A stretch of 64,000 nt of DNA, from positions 93,310,001-93,374,000 of the forward strand of contig NC_082714.1 of NCBI RefSeq assembly GCF_030144855.1, written 5' to 3'. A model generated the notes under the pieces. It did not search any database, was not told where the DNA came from, and was given only the letters and a program-made list of their open reading frames with translations. Positions 14,495 to 26,379 of the stretch are shown one piece after another (the first letter of the stretch is position 1; every line of letters starts with the position of its first letter). Both the position numbers and the translations under genes were made by a program. The stretch is from Hypanus sabinus (Eukaryota).

Positions 14495-14664
14495 NNNNNN
14501 NNNNNNNNNNNNNNNNNNNNNNNNNNNNNNNNNNNNNNNNNNNNNNNNNNNNNNNNNNNNNNNNNNNNNNNNNNNNNNNNNNNNNNNNNNNNNNNNNNNN
14601 NNNNNNNNNNNNNNNNNNNNNNNNNNNNNNNNNNNNNNNNNNNNNNNNNNNNNNNNNNNNNNNN
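14495..14664. other. Assembly gap (N run)
   Basis: 170 consecutive N. Confidence 0.99.
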
Positions 14665-15799
14665 GGCTGATTGGAGGAAATGTAAAGGCGGGGCTCCTTG
14701 CTTTTCTCAGAGCTGCCGCTGTGGGAGGCAGTTGCTTGATGGGGCAATGTCCTTGCTCCATCCCAGCCGGTGCACACTGTAAGATTGACTGCCGCGGTTT
14801 CAAGTGACAACAAGCACCTCCATGAAATTCCGGTCGCCATAATTTTAAATCGTCTCTCCACTCTGTCTGAATCAATGCCCAATTCAACGATACCGTGTTA
14901 CCATTTCGACTAGTCTCTCCTTCCAATGTAAGGGGCAGGGTCCTCCTTTAACTGATCCCTCACACTTGGCACTTGGAATATCGCAGTGGGACAACGAACG
15001 ACTACAATCGCCCAGCAGGCTGCCCACCAAGACGTTGAAGCATGATCCGAGGCAATTTCTGAAGGAGCTGGAGGAACTCAGCTATTCAGGCAGTATCCGT
15101 GGAGGGAACTGGACAGTGGACATTTCGTGTTGCGACCCTTTACCTGTGCTTCCAATGAAGATATGTTGTTCCCGAAATATACTGCACCCAGTTTCTCACA
15201 TGAACACGATAATATTGAACTTAATAAAGTTATTATTCAAATATTAGCATTCCCATTGTTTTATTATTGTCATAGCCACCAAGATATTGTGAAAAGCTTG
15301 TCTTGCGTCCTGTGTACACTGATCAAATACTTACATAATACATTAAGGTGACACAACGTTAAATAATAACATTGTAGAATACGGTGTAACAGTTACAGAG
15401 AAATGTAGTTCCGGAAAACATTGAAGTGCAAATCATAACGAGGTATAATCCAAATTCAGGATTGCATCCATACCAGTGTCTCATAACCGTGGAGAGAAGC
15501 TGCCCTTGGGCCTGGTGGTACGAGCTTTCATGGCTTTTGTACCATCTGCCCGTTGGAAAAGCGAAAAAGTGGTGTGGTGGGTGGGGTCTCTGATTCTGCT
15601 TTACTGAGGCTGGTTTCCGTGGTATGCTAAGCTGTGTCCTCAATTCACTGCAGTTTCTTATGGCTATGGTTATACAGTTCGCCGTAGACCCTTTTCGACG
15701 GTAGGTGAATTGCAGTGAGTGGAGGTTGCCTGGTAATCCAGAGTAGATTATGATCAGCCTATAGAATACCTTCCTGATGTCCGATGTTGAACCCACAGT

Positions 15800-16030
15800 G
15801 CGGTAGTCTTTAAAACACGTCAGTTTATTTTTGTTGAGTACCGGATAGTAGTCAACTTAAAGCAAGAGGGAATTACAGCTTGATGCAGGTGGACGTCAAA
15901 TATCTTTGTCAGTTGATCCGTACAGGATCTAATGGAATGGGCAAAGGACACAATCCGGGCATGAACTAGAAAGTGGTTAATGGATGCTGCATAGACTTGA
16001 GGAGAGGTTGTGCAGACTCGGGCTATTCTC
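15800..16030 (-). mobile_element. Rex1/Babar-type LINE RT fragment
   Basis: 'SIRSCTDQLTKIFDVHLHQAVIPSCFKLTTI' matches the Rex1/Babar RT N-terminal motif (ACADQL..VF..IFN.SL....VP.CFK). Confidence 0.65.
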
Positions 16031-19026
16031 TGGAACGTTAGAGATTGAAGAGTGACCTCATCGAGGTAGACAAGATCAAGAGATGAATCAACAAGGCGAA
16101 AGCATATAGACTTTTTTTTCAGATAGCGCAAAAAAAGGGGGGAGATTTAATATCAGAAGCGAGAGACTTAAATCGAAATTTAGGAGCAGCTTTTCACGCA
16201 AAGGGTGGTGTGTATTTGGAAGAAGCTGCCAGAAATAGTGAACGAGACGCGTACGTTAACAAAATTTAGCAGCCATCTATCAAAGCAGGATAGGAGCGGA
16301 TTAGCGGTCTCTGCGTCAAACGCGGGAAGATGGGACGAGCTCGCTGACAAAACAGTGGACATGGAGTAGCTGGGCCAAAAGGCCTGTTTCCGCGCTGTAT
16401 GACGTCACGACGGCTTCCGAAAAAGACTCGGAAATTGGCAGTGGAGACCGAGTCCCAGTTACCAAAGGTTCAAAACAGGGAACAAAGGAGATTTGTGCAG
16501 GAGGTTGTTGTGATCAGAAACTAAAAACAAACTGCTCTGGAAGATTTTCAGTGAGCAGTACATTAAAGAATACAACACAGGAACATGCCCTTCGGCCTAC
16601 AATGTATTCGCCGAACACAATGGCAAACTAAACTAATTCTCGACTGCCTGAACGTGATTCATGTACTGTATTTTTCATGTTTTTGTCGAACAGACTTTTA
16701 AACGCCGCTGTCATAAGCACCAAAGGTTCCGCAGATGCTGGAAATCCAGAGGACCTCACCAGAAATGCTAGACGAAGTCTGCAGGCCAGGCACCATTTGT
16801 GGAATGAAATAAACGTTGAATGATTATTCTCCTCGATAGATGCTGCCCGACCTTCTGAGTTCCTTCAGCATTTTGTGTGTGTTATTCTTAAACGCCACTA
16901 TCGTATCTGCTTCTAATATCTCCTTCGACAGCCCGTACAAGACACCCATCACTCTCTGTGTAAACAACCTACCCTGCATATTCTATTTAAATTTCCTCCA
17001 TCTTATCTTAAATCCTCTAACATTAGCCATTGCCACCCTACGTTCTATTACGTCTCGGCTCACACTATCTTTCAAGTTTTGAACGGGTCGTCTCTCACCC
17101 TCAGACTCTCCTGAGAAAACAAATAAAATATCCACCCTCTCCATGTGGGTCATGCCGTCTAATCCGAGCAAAATCCTGGCAACGTTTTTCTGCATCCTTC
17201 CTGTAATGGGGCGCCCAGAACTGCACACAATATATTACAGAACTGCAAACAATAGATTAAACAGCTTAACCAAACTTTAATACAGCTGCAACAGGTCACC
17301 CCGACTCATATTCTTAATGCTCCGACGAATAAAGATACGTATTACATATGCATTATTTACCACCTTTTCTATAAGTGTGGCTACTTTTAAAGAGTTAAAG
17401 ACTTCGAACCATTGATCCCTCTGCACAGTTAAGAATTTAAGTGTCCTGACGTAAGCTGTATAGTTTCCTCTTATATTTGACCATTTCCAATCTCGCAGTG
17501 TAAAACCACACACATTTGCCTGGAAAAAAATCAATCTCCAACACAGGAGATTCTGTGGATGCTGGAGCACACACGTAAAATGATGGAGGAACTCAGCAGA
17601 CACAGAACAACTGTTTGAGGAACACAGCAGGCCAGACGCATCCATGGAAAAGAGTAGAGTAGACGTTTCGTGCCCAGACTCTCCAGCAGGGACCTGAATA
17701 TGTCTTTATCTGTGCATATGATGAGCTTTCCGACCAAAATAACAGATCTAATTAGTGCAATCATACACTCAATATAATTGATTTATAATAGTACCAATGA
17801 AAATAATATCTTTTTCTGCGTCACATTTATATAGATCATTTTATCACATCAGAACAACACTTACCGATCGCTGACTACTCACTCCGTTCCTTGCTCCTCC
17901 TTCAATTCTCATCAACACTTCACACCTTCCCCTTACCCTCGTACCAAGTTTTTGATTAACTTCAATTTTACTGTCCAGAAGGAAGCCTGAGAGGCAGGGA
18001 GCCGCGGTATCCACTGAGCCGTCTGCAGGCAAAAAGTTAAACTGACGAGCGTCTATCCATTGCCACTGCACTGAAAACAAGAGAAACTGACCCATCAAGA
18101 ACAGTCGCCATAGACAATTTGTGGAAGCGTTCTGTGTACATATTGGTCGGTGCCTTTTCAACGTTGCAACATTGATTGCGAAAACACTCCGTTGTGTTGG
18201 GAAAGGCACGCAGGAGGCGTGGAATATGATGGAAGAGTGAGTTTGTCATTGATAAAGCTCGTTGGGAAGGGAGTTCATAAGCTCCCTTCAAAAGGCTTTT
18301 CCTGACTTTCCGTCCTCATTGATTCGCTTTTCCGACCATAAGAAACATGAGCAGGATTAGGCCATTCGGCCCAGAAACATACGCCATACCATCGTGGCTG
18401 ACTTACTTTCCCTCTCAAACTCATGTTTCTGCCTTCACACCTTAACCTCTGAAACCCTTCCGAGTTACCAACCCATAAATCTTCTCTTTAAGTGTACCCA
18501 ATGACTCGGTTTCTACAGCTGTCTGGGGCAATGGATTCCAAAGATTCACCACCCTCTGGCTAAAGAAATACCGCCTCATTTCTGCTCTGAATGGACATCC
18601 CTCTATTCTGAGGCTGCGAACTCTGGTCATAGCCTACCTCATTCTAAGAAATATCCTCTCTATTTAGACCTTACAATAGTCGACAGGTTTCAATGAGATC
18701 CCACTCCCCCACCCCCCGATTCTTCCAACCTCCAGCGAGAATACAGGCCCATATTTATCATCTCTCCTCAGACATTAACATAAGCATCGGCACCCGGAAA
18801 CATCTGCACACCCACCCAATTGAAAACTTTCAACATTAACATTAACCCCGATGAGTTCGCCGCCAACACAATCCACTCAGTTTACTTCTCTGGAGAAATA
18901 TTTCCTGGTATCATTAGGACTGCTGATAAATCTAATGACACCAGGATCTCAACCCTCTCTTGCATCGACCTTACAAAGCGATGATTACGCGACTGTGATT
19001 AACACCCAGAGTTTAACTCGGTCACA

Positions 19027-19069
19027 ATGAGATGCTTGGCGATCTTTCAGCTCTCTCACCGACTGTAAG
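19027..19069 (+). pseudogene. Pseudogenised leader exon of VJ-C1 paralog A
   Basis: Gapless 43-nt homolog of the leader at 43891-43933: MRCLAIFQLSHRL* (CAA>TAA), with the donor changed from G|gtgagc to G|ttttgt. Confidence 0.85.
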
Positions 19070-19409
19070 TTTTGTGACCCGAATGTCGTGCAGAAGAGCT
19101 TGGGCAGCTAATTCATAAGGCATAAAAACAATTTGGTAGCATAAGTAGGTCGTTCTAATACCAGAGGTCATATACTTGAAGGGGAAAGCGGCTAATTTCA
19201 AAGGAGATATGAAGAGCAGGGTTTTACACAGATAATGGTGGGAGCCTGGAATGTGCTGCGGTGGTGGTAGAGTGAGACACATTTGGGACTTTTAAGAGCC
19301 GTTTAGTTAGGCGTATGGATGTGAGGAAAATGGATATTATGTACTCAGAAGTGATTTGTTGAGTAGTTAATTATTAATGATTAAGCACAACATTGTGGGC
19401 CGAAGGGCC

Positions 19410-20138
19410 TGTTACCAGGTAAATCAAGAGTTAACGGTGTTATGCATATATTGGTATAAATATTCAAATTCCCGAACTGATTAAACGTAGGTGGTAAGTG
19501 ATACAGTCTAACGGTGGTATGTAAGAAAGTTCTGTTCAGTTCACAGGTTAATTAATGCCAGATATTTGTAATCCAAAGGCAAATGTTGTGAGAAAGCAAT
19601 TACGTCGATATTCCACAGATTCCACGACATCAATACAAAATAACAAACGCAGTATGTTTTATATCCGAAGTTGTTCCACTCTACACACGAAGTATCACCG
19701 ATAGTGATCTTCCACAAATTCAGCTATGGAACATCTCAAGGTGGTGGCCACAGGATACTCAAACAGAATCGACGAATGGATTTTCAGCAACAGTAGCTTA
19801 TCACAAAGGGGACCATCTTCAAGGGAACCACCACCCAAGCAAGGGTCGACACACCGGTCGATTCCACAAGGTTATCCCCATCACACAACACGTGATAGCC
19901 ACTTATCCAGTTCCACAGCATACGAAATAACTCCAAGTGATTTGCCACCGGGGTGTCTTCTTCAGTGAACTACCACACACAGACAAAAGGGTAAACACCT
20001 ACGTGGTATTCACAAAGATTTTCCTCTCACCAGAGAACCCACCCCTGTCGATTGTGACAATCACACTTTCGTATTCGAATGAAAACAACCTTACCCTTAC
20101 AGGACTACTTAGAGAGACAGTCCAAAGACTATCCTAAT
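19410..20138 (-). mobile_element. Probable solo LTR inserted in the leader-V intron of paralog A
   Basis: Begins TGTTACC exactly where homology to copy B stops, is ~730 bp and non-coding, and is absent from copy B. The right terminus is degenerate. Confidence 0.55.
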
Positions 20139-20160
20139 GATTTTTTATTTCCTTTCACAG

Positions 20161-20535
20161 TCATTAGCCCTTAAGACGTTTGCACCCAAACGCCATCTGC
20201 TCAGGTTCTTTCTGTTGGAATTATCTTTAAGGTGCATTGCCTGTTGTACATGTACTATCAGGGGCGTCAACAGAGCTAGACCAAAAGGGACCTTTCGCAG
20301 GTCGGCGGCAGTTATTGAAAAAGGGGGATTTGAGAACGTTTGTCCACTGTACTTGGCCTATCAGCGGGTACAACCGGAGCACCAGTCGTTGAATTAGATA
20401 GCAGGGAAGGTTCATGAATAAAAGGGAGACACGGCCTAGCAGAGCCGTTATCGACAGTGTGATCTGAGGGAGAATGGTAGGCCTTTGGCTCATTCAGGCT
20501 TCAGAGATAACGGGTCGAAGAGACATAGATTACCT
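20161..20535 (+). pseudogene. Degenerate V(J) exon of paralog A
   Basis: Strong acceptor 'ttttttatttcctttcacag|'. The phase-1 reading VISP*DVCTQTPSAQVLSVGIIFKVHC aligns with VSMSQAALFQSPPIQTVRVGGRAILNC. Later frameshifted pieces include 'AYQRVQPEHQSL' and 'F.DNGSK' (20509-20520), compare FGNGSK. Contains multiple stops. Confidence 0.7.
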
Positions 20536-20539
20536 TTGA

Positions 20540-21310
20540 GGAATAGAAACAGGAAGTATGTCTGTACGGGGTGTCAGATGAGCGATGTCCGGGAGACTCC
20601 CAGCCTCCCAAACTGCCATGTCTACGCCAGATGCGTCGAGATGCAGCTTCTGAGGGAACTGGAGATGCAGCTCGATGGCCTTCGTCTGGTCAGGGGAAGT
20701 GAGGAAGGGATAGAAAGGAGCTCTCGGAAAGAAGTCACATCCGGGCCTCTGGAGACAGATAAGTGGGTAACAGTCAGGAGAGGAAAGGGCAAGAGTCAGA
20801 TACCATAGAGTTACCCCTGTGGCTGTCCCCCTTAACAATAAGTAATCCTGACTAAGTACTGTTGGGGTAGACGGCCTACCTGTGGGAAGCAACTGTTGCC
20901 GCGACTCTGGCAGAGTCTGGCCCAGTGCTTCACAATGGTAGGGAAAGGAAGAAGGTAGCCGTAATAGGGAACCATATATTTAAGGGGTCAGACAGGCGAT
21001 TCTGTGGACGCAGCAAAGAAACACGGATGGTAGTTTGCCTCCCATGTGCCATGGTCTGGGATTTTCGCAGGATTACTGTCGGTGCCACGCGACAGTGAGT
21101 ATAGGAATAAAGTGAGCTGGAGGATAAATGCGTGGCTGAAGGATTAGAGCAGGGGGAAGGGATTCAAAATTCTAGATCATTAGGACCTCCATACGGGCAG
21201 GCATTTTATGCACAAAAAGGACTGGTTGCACTTGAATCCGAGGGGGTCCAATATCCTGGTAGGCTGGTTTGCACAGCCTACTGTGGAGAGTTTAAACTCG
21301 AATTGCTGGG
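20540..21310 (+). mobile_element. CR1 5'/ORF1 fragment
   Basis: 'CTGCQMSDVRETPSLPNCHVYARCVEMQLLRELE' is the CR1 ORF1 Cys-rich/coiled region, followed by an esterase-like remnant. Confidence 0.8.
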
Positions 21311-21344
21311 GGCTGGAAACCGGACCCTTAACACGTTAATTAAA

Positions 21345-24300
21345 ATGACAAGTTAGAGTCTTCCAGTAGCAAAACCTATGAAACAAAATCCTTACATAAG
21401 AAATTTAATACACATTTTGAGGTTGTTGGTCTAATTGATATATGGAGAGACCTTTATCCGCAAATGAAGGGATTGCATTTATTATCCTCCCCCTCCCATT
21501 CTGCATATACAAGAATAGGCTATTTCATAACATTTGGAAAAGACAAAGACAAAACAAACACCTGTGGAATTGGGAAAATAGATGTAAGTGACCATGCACC
21601 TATATATTTATCTGTTGATTTTGACCTACAGCCAAAGAATACTATTTGGAAACTAAATTCAAGTCTGCTCAATGATCCATATTTTAAGGAACAAATTAAT
21701 ATATAAATTGGTCTTTACTTAGAATTCAATGATAATGGAGCGGTTTCACGTCTCATTCTATGGGATATTCTGAAGGAAAAATTATAGCGATATCTTCATA
21801 TAAGAAAAAAATAAGAACAAAGCATTAGAGGAAATACAAAATAGGCCGAAGAAACGAGAAAAAAAAACACAAATTGAATTGGGCTCAGGTACATTAGAGG
21901 AAATGAAAAAAATTAGGAATAAAATTAATAGCTTGGCTACGCAAGAAATCAGGAAAAAAATTAACGTTTCTGAAACAGAGACATTATGAAAGTAAATCTA
22001 AGTCTATGAAAATACTGGCGTGGAAACTGAAAAAAAAGATAGCAGAAAATACAATTCATAGAATTAGGAATCCAAGAACAAAAATGATAATAAGAACATA
22101 AGTTAAGAGAAATTAAAGAAGTTGTTGAAGTGTTTTACAAACCTCTATATTCAAAAGTTCTAGGGGAAAACATAACCCAAATTGACACATTCCTGAATGC
22201 TCTAGAGTTACCCAATTTATGCGAAGAACAAAATAGAATGATGACTGCTAACATAACTGAAGTTGAATTACAAGCTGCAATTAGTAGGGTTAAATTAAGC
22301 GAGTCACCAGGACCATTGAGTTCTCAATTGAGTATCTGATAGGCATGGTGTAATGGTAGGGTGATGTAATTTCCCGCCAGTTTGAAGTCATGTGACGACC
22401 TGTTCCAACAGGTAAAAATGGGACAACCTGCTGTGACGCAGGAGATTTTTGTGTTGAGACGTCGTTAGTTACTCCTTTATGCTGCTTATTTGATTTCATG
22501 ACACCAGGGTATACGGCAGAGTGGTACAAAGGATTTAAAAATTAATTAATTTCTGTCTTACTCCCCACACTGAGCTGGGCTCTAATAAAGACACAAGTGC
22601 CACCCAGCTGGAAGGAAGTGGTAATCTCAGCTATACCGAAAGAAGGCAAGGATAAAATGGAATGTGGGTCATTTAGACCAATATCTGCTCTTAATGTAGA
22701 TTATTGATTATTTAGCTCCATCATGGCCAAACGATTAGAAGAGTTTCTACCCAGACTGATTGTTACATACCCCGTGGGTATCTTGTGACTGTCTTATCAC
22801 CATGATGTAATTGAGTATCTGGTGGGCATGGTGTAATGGTGTTGTGATGGTTGGGTGATGCAATTTCCCGCCAGTATGAAGTCACGTGACGACCTGTTCC
22901 AACAGGTAAAAATGGGACAGCCTGCTGTGACGCAGGAGATTTTTGTGTTGACACGTCGTTAGTTACTCCTTTATGCTGCTTATTTGATCTAATGACGCAG
23001 TTTCATTTTAAAGTGGAGTTTTTATTTCTACTGTAAGAGTCTCAAAGGTTTTTGCCGACGGTTTCAAAAACGCTGCCAATTGTGGTTTGATTTAATTTTA
23101 AAGTATTGGAGAGTGAAGATTGTATCGAAGTACAGGAACCCGGAAGGATCCAGTAATGTTGGTGTCGTCGGTATTTTAATACAGGATTTATTGGTCTTCG
23201 TTCAAGGAAGCAGTAAATTGCAACCGAGATAACCCGTGCATTGTAGTAAGAGCAGAAAGGATTGGATGCAGCGTTATTCGTTCAAGGAAAAGGTCAGTTC
23301 CTTTAAGCCGTTTTTATTTCCTTCGTCGTAAATCCTTCAGGAATGGCATATTTCAGCATGGATCAACAACAACGTCACGTCGTCGAGAAACTCGTTTAAT
23401 CAGGAAAGTCTCTCCTAATTGACTGTGCAAGTCATTCGGACTTTTACAACAGTGTTCGCATTTACTGCTTTAAGAATTGTTCGAGTTGCCGTATAGCAGT
23501 TAACTTCTGGTTAAGTTAGTCGTTCTTTTACTTTTCATTTTTTATTGAGAAGCGTTTAATAAATGTTTAATTTGTTTATAAAAAAAACCTGTCTCAATTC
23601 TATATTAATTGTTGCCAGGGACCTACTGTATCATAACACTGATACCTAACGACCAGACAGGTTTTATATAACAACGCCAAACATAAGACACCACACGAAG
23701 GACACTTCACATTACGGATAACATACAAAAAAAATCGAAGCAATAGTGATAAGTGCAGACGCTGAAAATGCATTTGAATCGATCAATGGGAATATTGTTT
23801 ACAGAGTTTCACATAGATTTGGTTTCCATGACACAATTATTAAAATTGTACAAGCACCATATGACAACACTACTGCTAGGATTAAAATCAATGGATATTT
23901 ATCAAATAGCCTTACCCTTGAATGTGGCAAGAGACAGGGTTGTGCATGGTCACCGCTACTCTTCGCATTATATCTGGAACCATTAGCTCAATACATCAGA
24001 CAAAATGAAAATATCAGGGGAATTACTATTAAAGGGACAGAGCATAATTTGGCCTGTTATGTGGATGACATTTTGATCTATCTAGGGCAAGCAACATACT
24101 CTTTACCTAAGTTGATGCAATCCTTTGAACAATGTGGTCAATTATCAGGATACAAGATCAACATAGATAAAACCCCCTTACACTCAAATAACTATAGCCG
24201 ACCAAGAGAAATTGAAAGTAGATATCCTTGGGCATGGCAAAGAGAGTCTTTCAAATATTTGGGCATCCTTATGCCAAAAGGTTTGGCAAAATTATCAGAA

Positions 24301-25892
24301 TGCAATTATCAGCATATATATTAAAAAATTAAGGTAGAGATTAATCTATAATAGAGATTAATCAAAATCAATTCAGTGAATGGAACAAGATATTATCAAG
24401 ATATATTTGGCAAGATAAAAGGCCCAGAGTTCGTCTCAAAACATTGCAATCAGCCAAGGATAAGGGGGATGGGGACTACCTTCTCTCAGAGATTATTCGT
24501 TTGCAGCAGAATTGAGAATTGTGAAGTGTTGAGGCAACCCATCATATGACACTCAATGGAGAAACATTGAGGATGCGGGTACTTCCCATCCCGATACAGG
24601 CAATTTTGGCTGATAACGACCTACAAAGATGCAAATATGCTATTGATAACCCATGGGTGAAATGGACTCTGAGAATAAGAAAAGGTATTATAAAAGAATA
24701 CAAAATAGAGAGAGATATTGTAATTCTTAAATAGTGTACAGAATACTCGGATTTTACGCCGAATAAACTGGATGCTAGATTCCAGGACTGGATAGTTAAA
24801 GGAATAACAGTTCTTTGCGACATAATGCAAGAAGAAACACTGTTCAATTTTGAAATGCTTAATTTAAAGACGAACACTTATTAGAAAAACAAGACTTTTA
24901 TCGGTATTTCCGGATGCGACAATACGCTAATAGGGCGGTTAACATGCAGCTAAGGCAAGTACATGTTTGATAGAGCAATTTAGAAAAACATGTAATTCAG
25001 ATAACGATAGTAGAATCATTTCAAGCGTGTATAAGGGTTTATCAAATCTTAAACACATTCGACTTCATACATTAAGCAAAATGGGAGAAGGAAGGAAGGA
25101 AGGATAATTATATCTGAGGAAGAATGGACAACAATATGCCTGTATCAATGGAAGTGTACCATTTCACAGAAATGGAGGGAGTTCGGATGGAAAAACTTGA
25201 TAAGATATTTTATTGCATCCTCTCAGAAATCACATTATGATAGTAATCTCCCTGTTTGCTGAATAAATTGTGGAAATCTAAATGCAAACCATTATCATAT
25301 TTTCTGGGAATGCCCCGTTATCAAAAACGATTGGAGTGGGATACACAACGCCCTACAAGATATTTTTAAATGTGAAATAGCCTTAGAAAATTAGACTATA
25401 TATTTTGGGAATATACCTCAAGAATGGTTGAAAAGAGATAAATATTTAATGAATATACTGCTGGTGACTGGTAAAAAGACTCTTACTGGGAAATGGTTAT
25501 CACGGGAGAGCCCAACCTTCAATGCATGGATGGTAATTACAATGGAGATTAACAAAATGGAGAAGATAACAGCATCTGTTTATCATAATTTGGAACAATT
25601 TGATTCATACTGGGAAAATGGTTTAACTACATAACACCGTATAAGCCTGATTTTATTCTCACGAATCGATGAATATGTTGTAAATAAAAGACCACTCCCT
25701 ACTTGTACGTAGCTTTCTCCTTTCGCTTGTTCTTTCTTTCCTCTCTTTTCTATAACTGTATACCTCAGATAAATATTATGTGGAGATTTGCGGCATTTAT
25801 GACTATATGATATTTATGTACCATATCTGAAATACATCTTATGGAAATTGTTGTTGATGATGAACTTTAATAAAAATAATTTATAAAAAAAA
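21345..25892 (+). mobile_element. 5'-truncated, decayed L1 LINE (ORF2 + 3' UTR + polyA)
   Basis: Endonuclease end 'HSAYTRIGYF...SDHAPI' (21464-21706); RT 'RQGCAWSPLLFALYLEPL...YVDD' (23746-24324); AATAAA at ~25869 and an A-run at 25885-25892. Confidence 0.92.
22761..23638. mobile_element. Solo LTR nested in L1 with 5-bp TSD
   Basis: TGTTA...TAACA termini flanked by CTGAT direct repeats (22756-22760 and 23639-23643); L1 ORF2 resumes after it. Confidence 0.88.
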
Positions 25893-25929
25893 GGCTTTGA
25901 ATATGCTTGAATGACAACATCAAAGTTAG

Positions 25930-26160
25930 TCATGAAAAATGAGCCCGTAGAAATCTTGTTAATCCCTGAGCGTCAGGTCTTGAGTCGTTCAAAGAGTTTC
26001 AGGTTGACCCAAGGTTCGGTACATTTCGATCCAACAAGCTGGAAACCAATCGGATTATCATCTGCGTGCAGAGGAGGATGCACCTCAAGAAAGGCATGAA
26101 GGATCGGCGTTTGGGACTAGAATATATACCAAACATTGTCAATTAAAGTTATCGCACAAC
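25930..26160 (+). pseudogene. Possible highly degenerate C1 exon of paralog A
   Basis: Phase-1 reading after a weak 'gttag|' gives VMKNEPVEILLIPERQVLSRSKSFRLTQGSVHFDPTSWK. The pattern P.V.LL.P...L-T-x...F.P..W resembles C1 strands A-C, but the canonical Cys is missing. Confidence 0.3.
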
Positions 26161-26379
26161 ATAATCTACCATTGTTTAGTGGAGTCCTGACTGAGCCGAC
26201 CTTCCACTTCGAGACACCGCCTTAAATAACTCAAGTACATTCGTAAACTATCTCTCCCGTTTCGTAAGTCGGACTCCGCTCATACCCATCGTTTTTATAT
26301 CGAATATCAAGTTTGTGCGTCTGTTATAGGTGCTGAGAGAGCGTCCGTACCTGAGCCGTACTGTCGTGTGTCTGACGCG

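Larger units (their letters stand above)
14665..19410 (+). repeat. Diverged segmental duplication, copy A (paralogous to ~41070-44265)
   Basis: Collinear shared blocks: 14665-15300 vs 41070-41600 ('ggacagtggacatttcgtgt'), 16575-16755 vs 42475-42650 ('acacaggaacatgcccttcgg'), 17900-18235 vs 43020-43405 ('cactgaaaacaagagaaa', 'acgcaggaggcgtggaa'), 18940-19135 vs 43800-43980. Confidence 0.9.
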
